64,000 nucleotides of DNA from Hydrolagus colliei (taxonomy: Eukaryota): positions 20,584,001 to 20,648,000 of the forward strand of contig CM068749.1 of NCBI GenBank assembly GCA_035084275.1. The letters are read 5' to 3'. Positions within the stretch are counted from its first letter, which is position 1, and each line of letters starts with the position of its first letter. The notes under the pieces are model-generated. The model had not been told where the DNA came from. It saw only the letters and a program-made list of their open reading frames with translations, and did no database searches. Below are positions 62,816 to 64,000 of this stretch, piece by piece. The position numbers and the translations under genes were made by a program.

Positions 62816-64000
62816 GTGGCTGAAATGATAAGATTATTCAAATCTGCATTAGGAAAGAAAAGATAATGGTAGCTAAACTAGCTAAAGATAACTAAAATGA
62901 TCTTGCAGTCATCTTTCATACAGACAAAACTACCCATAGGCTATTACTGTGTTTCAGTTAATCAATATCAGAATATTTCAGGGCATGCAAAATAGCTAGA
63001 TGACTTCCAACTTTAAGTGAAGGAGGGGAAACAGAGGTATTACAGTAAGCTAAGGAACAAAGTTTGTTGCACGTATAAAAACTAGGAATTCAAAGTCGAC
63101 ACTTGATGAATCCATTACCCTTCTGTTGAGTTCTGAAAGGCCAAATTGCAGAAATTGTTTGTACACAGTGCAAGGCATCCGCATAGTGGCATATAAATGC
63201 TTTGAGGCTGGTAACAATGCAAAATGTTAATTGCTTGTCATCACTGATAATTTAGAATATTGATAATTTAGTTGTGTTCTAAACTTCCAAAAGGGCAAAC
63301 ACAATACATACATCAGACAGTCAACTGATTTAAAAAATTAGGCCTTTCATCTATTGATATTATAGATAATGAACAGATGTTGTTAAAAAACGCATTCTAT
63401 TCCAGCATCTTGCTGTACCTAAACTGACTCATTACATTGTGGTACAAAAGTATGAATTGATCTAATTTTCTGTCATTACTAATGATGGCCATAATCCCAT
63501 GTACCTTGGATTTCATATCATTACAAATTTATGGGAAAATCCTGGATTAGTTATAGTAATCTTAATGAAAATCATAATCAAAGTTACCTAAAGTCAATGT
63601 CTTTCTAGACTTTTTACAGTTATATAATTACAGGAAATGTAACCCTTAATCTTGAAAGTCTTCTTTCCCACTGCCTCCCCCAAAATGGGCATCCCACGCC
63701 CTGGCTATTCCAACAATTCCACTATTGGATGAGTGGTAGAGAACAGTGGTCAGTACACATTATTGGTCAGGAGCCTTTGCTTCCATCTTCTGACATTGCA
63801 TTGATATGAAGTGCTGAGCAAAGCAGCCTGGTGTGTGTGTATTATGTAATGATACAGGAGCCAAAACACACCAATATACAGTTATTTACTGATATATATG
63901 CCTTATATCAATGGCAATATTTCATAATTGTGTCTAGATTTTGCCCAGTATTTCTTTGGAGTAGCAACTGAGCACATTTTCAGGGAGTTGTCCTTTAACC

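Noticed and set aside
61671-64000. Search for the 33-nt cytoplasmic LASE-a insert and the first phosphatase exon
   Set aside because: No AG...GT segment with a fitting peptide was found; these probably lie beyond the window.

Overview
Eukaryotic, AT-rich, intron-dominated vertebrate DNA, not prokaryotic. The repeat content (shark-type CR1 tails, L2 fragments, a Deu/SacSINE1-like SINE and a tRNA-headed SINE sharing the L2 tail) points to a cartilaginous fish, possibly a holocephalan; this is inference. The whole window lies inside one + strand gene, the receptor tyrosine phosphatase PTPRF (LAR). I traced 20 phase-consistent GT-AG coding exons (3651-61670; 3618 nt, about 1206 codons). They run from Ig2 through Ig3, FNIII repeats 1-8, the membrane-proximal region with a basic furin-type site, the TM helix and the first cytoplasmic exon. 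The 5' exons and the phosphatase domains lie outside the window. Four microexons not recognisable as exons from the ORF track were found: meA3 (9 nt, ESF), meA6 (18 nt, GGTPIR), meB (12 nt, DQRE) and meC/LASE-c (27 nt, WESEDTLDY). Introns hold three MITEs with clear termini (hAT with an 8-bp TSD, Tc2-like, Tigger-like), many SINE/L2/CR1 fragments including nested insertions, a near-perfect 31-bp hairpin and one assembly gap. The most interesting leads are a LAR gene carrying the full 9-aa meA splice code, a candidate alternative terminal exon giving a secreted Ig1-Ig2 form, and RBFOX/QKI motif clusters at alternative exons. I found no evidence for a wholly new biological system. Most ORF-track entries are spurious intronic ORFs.
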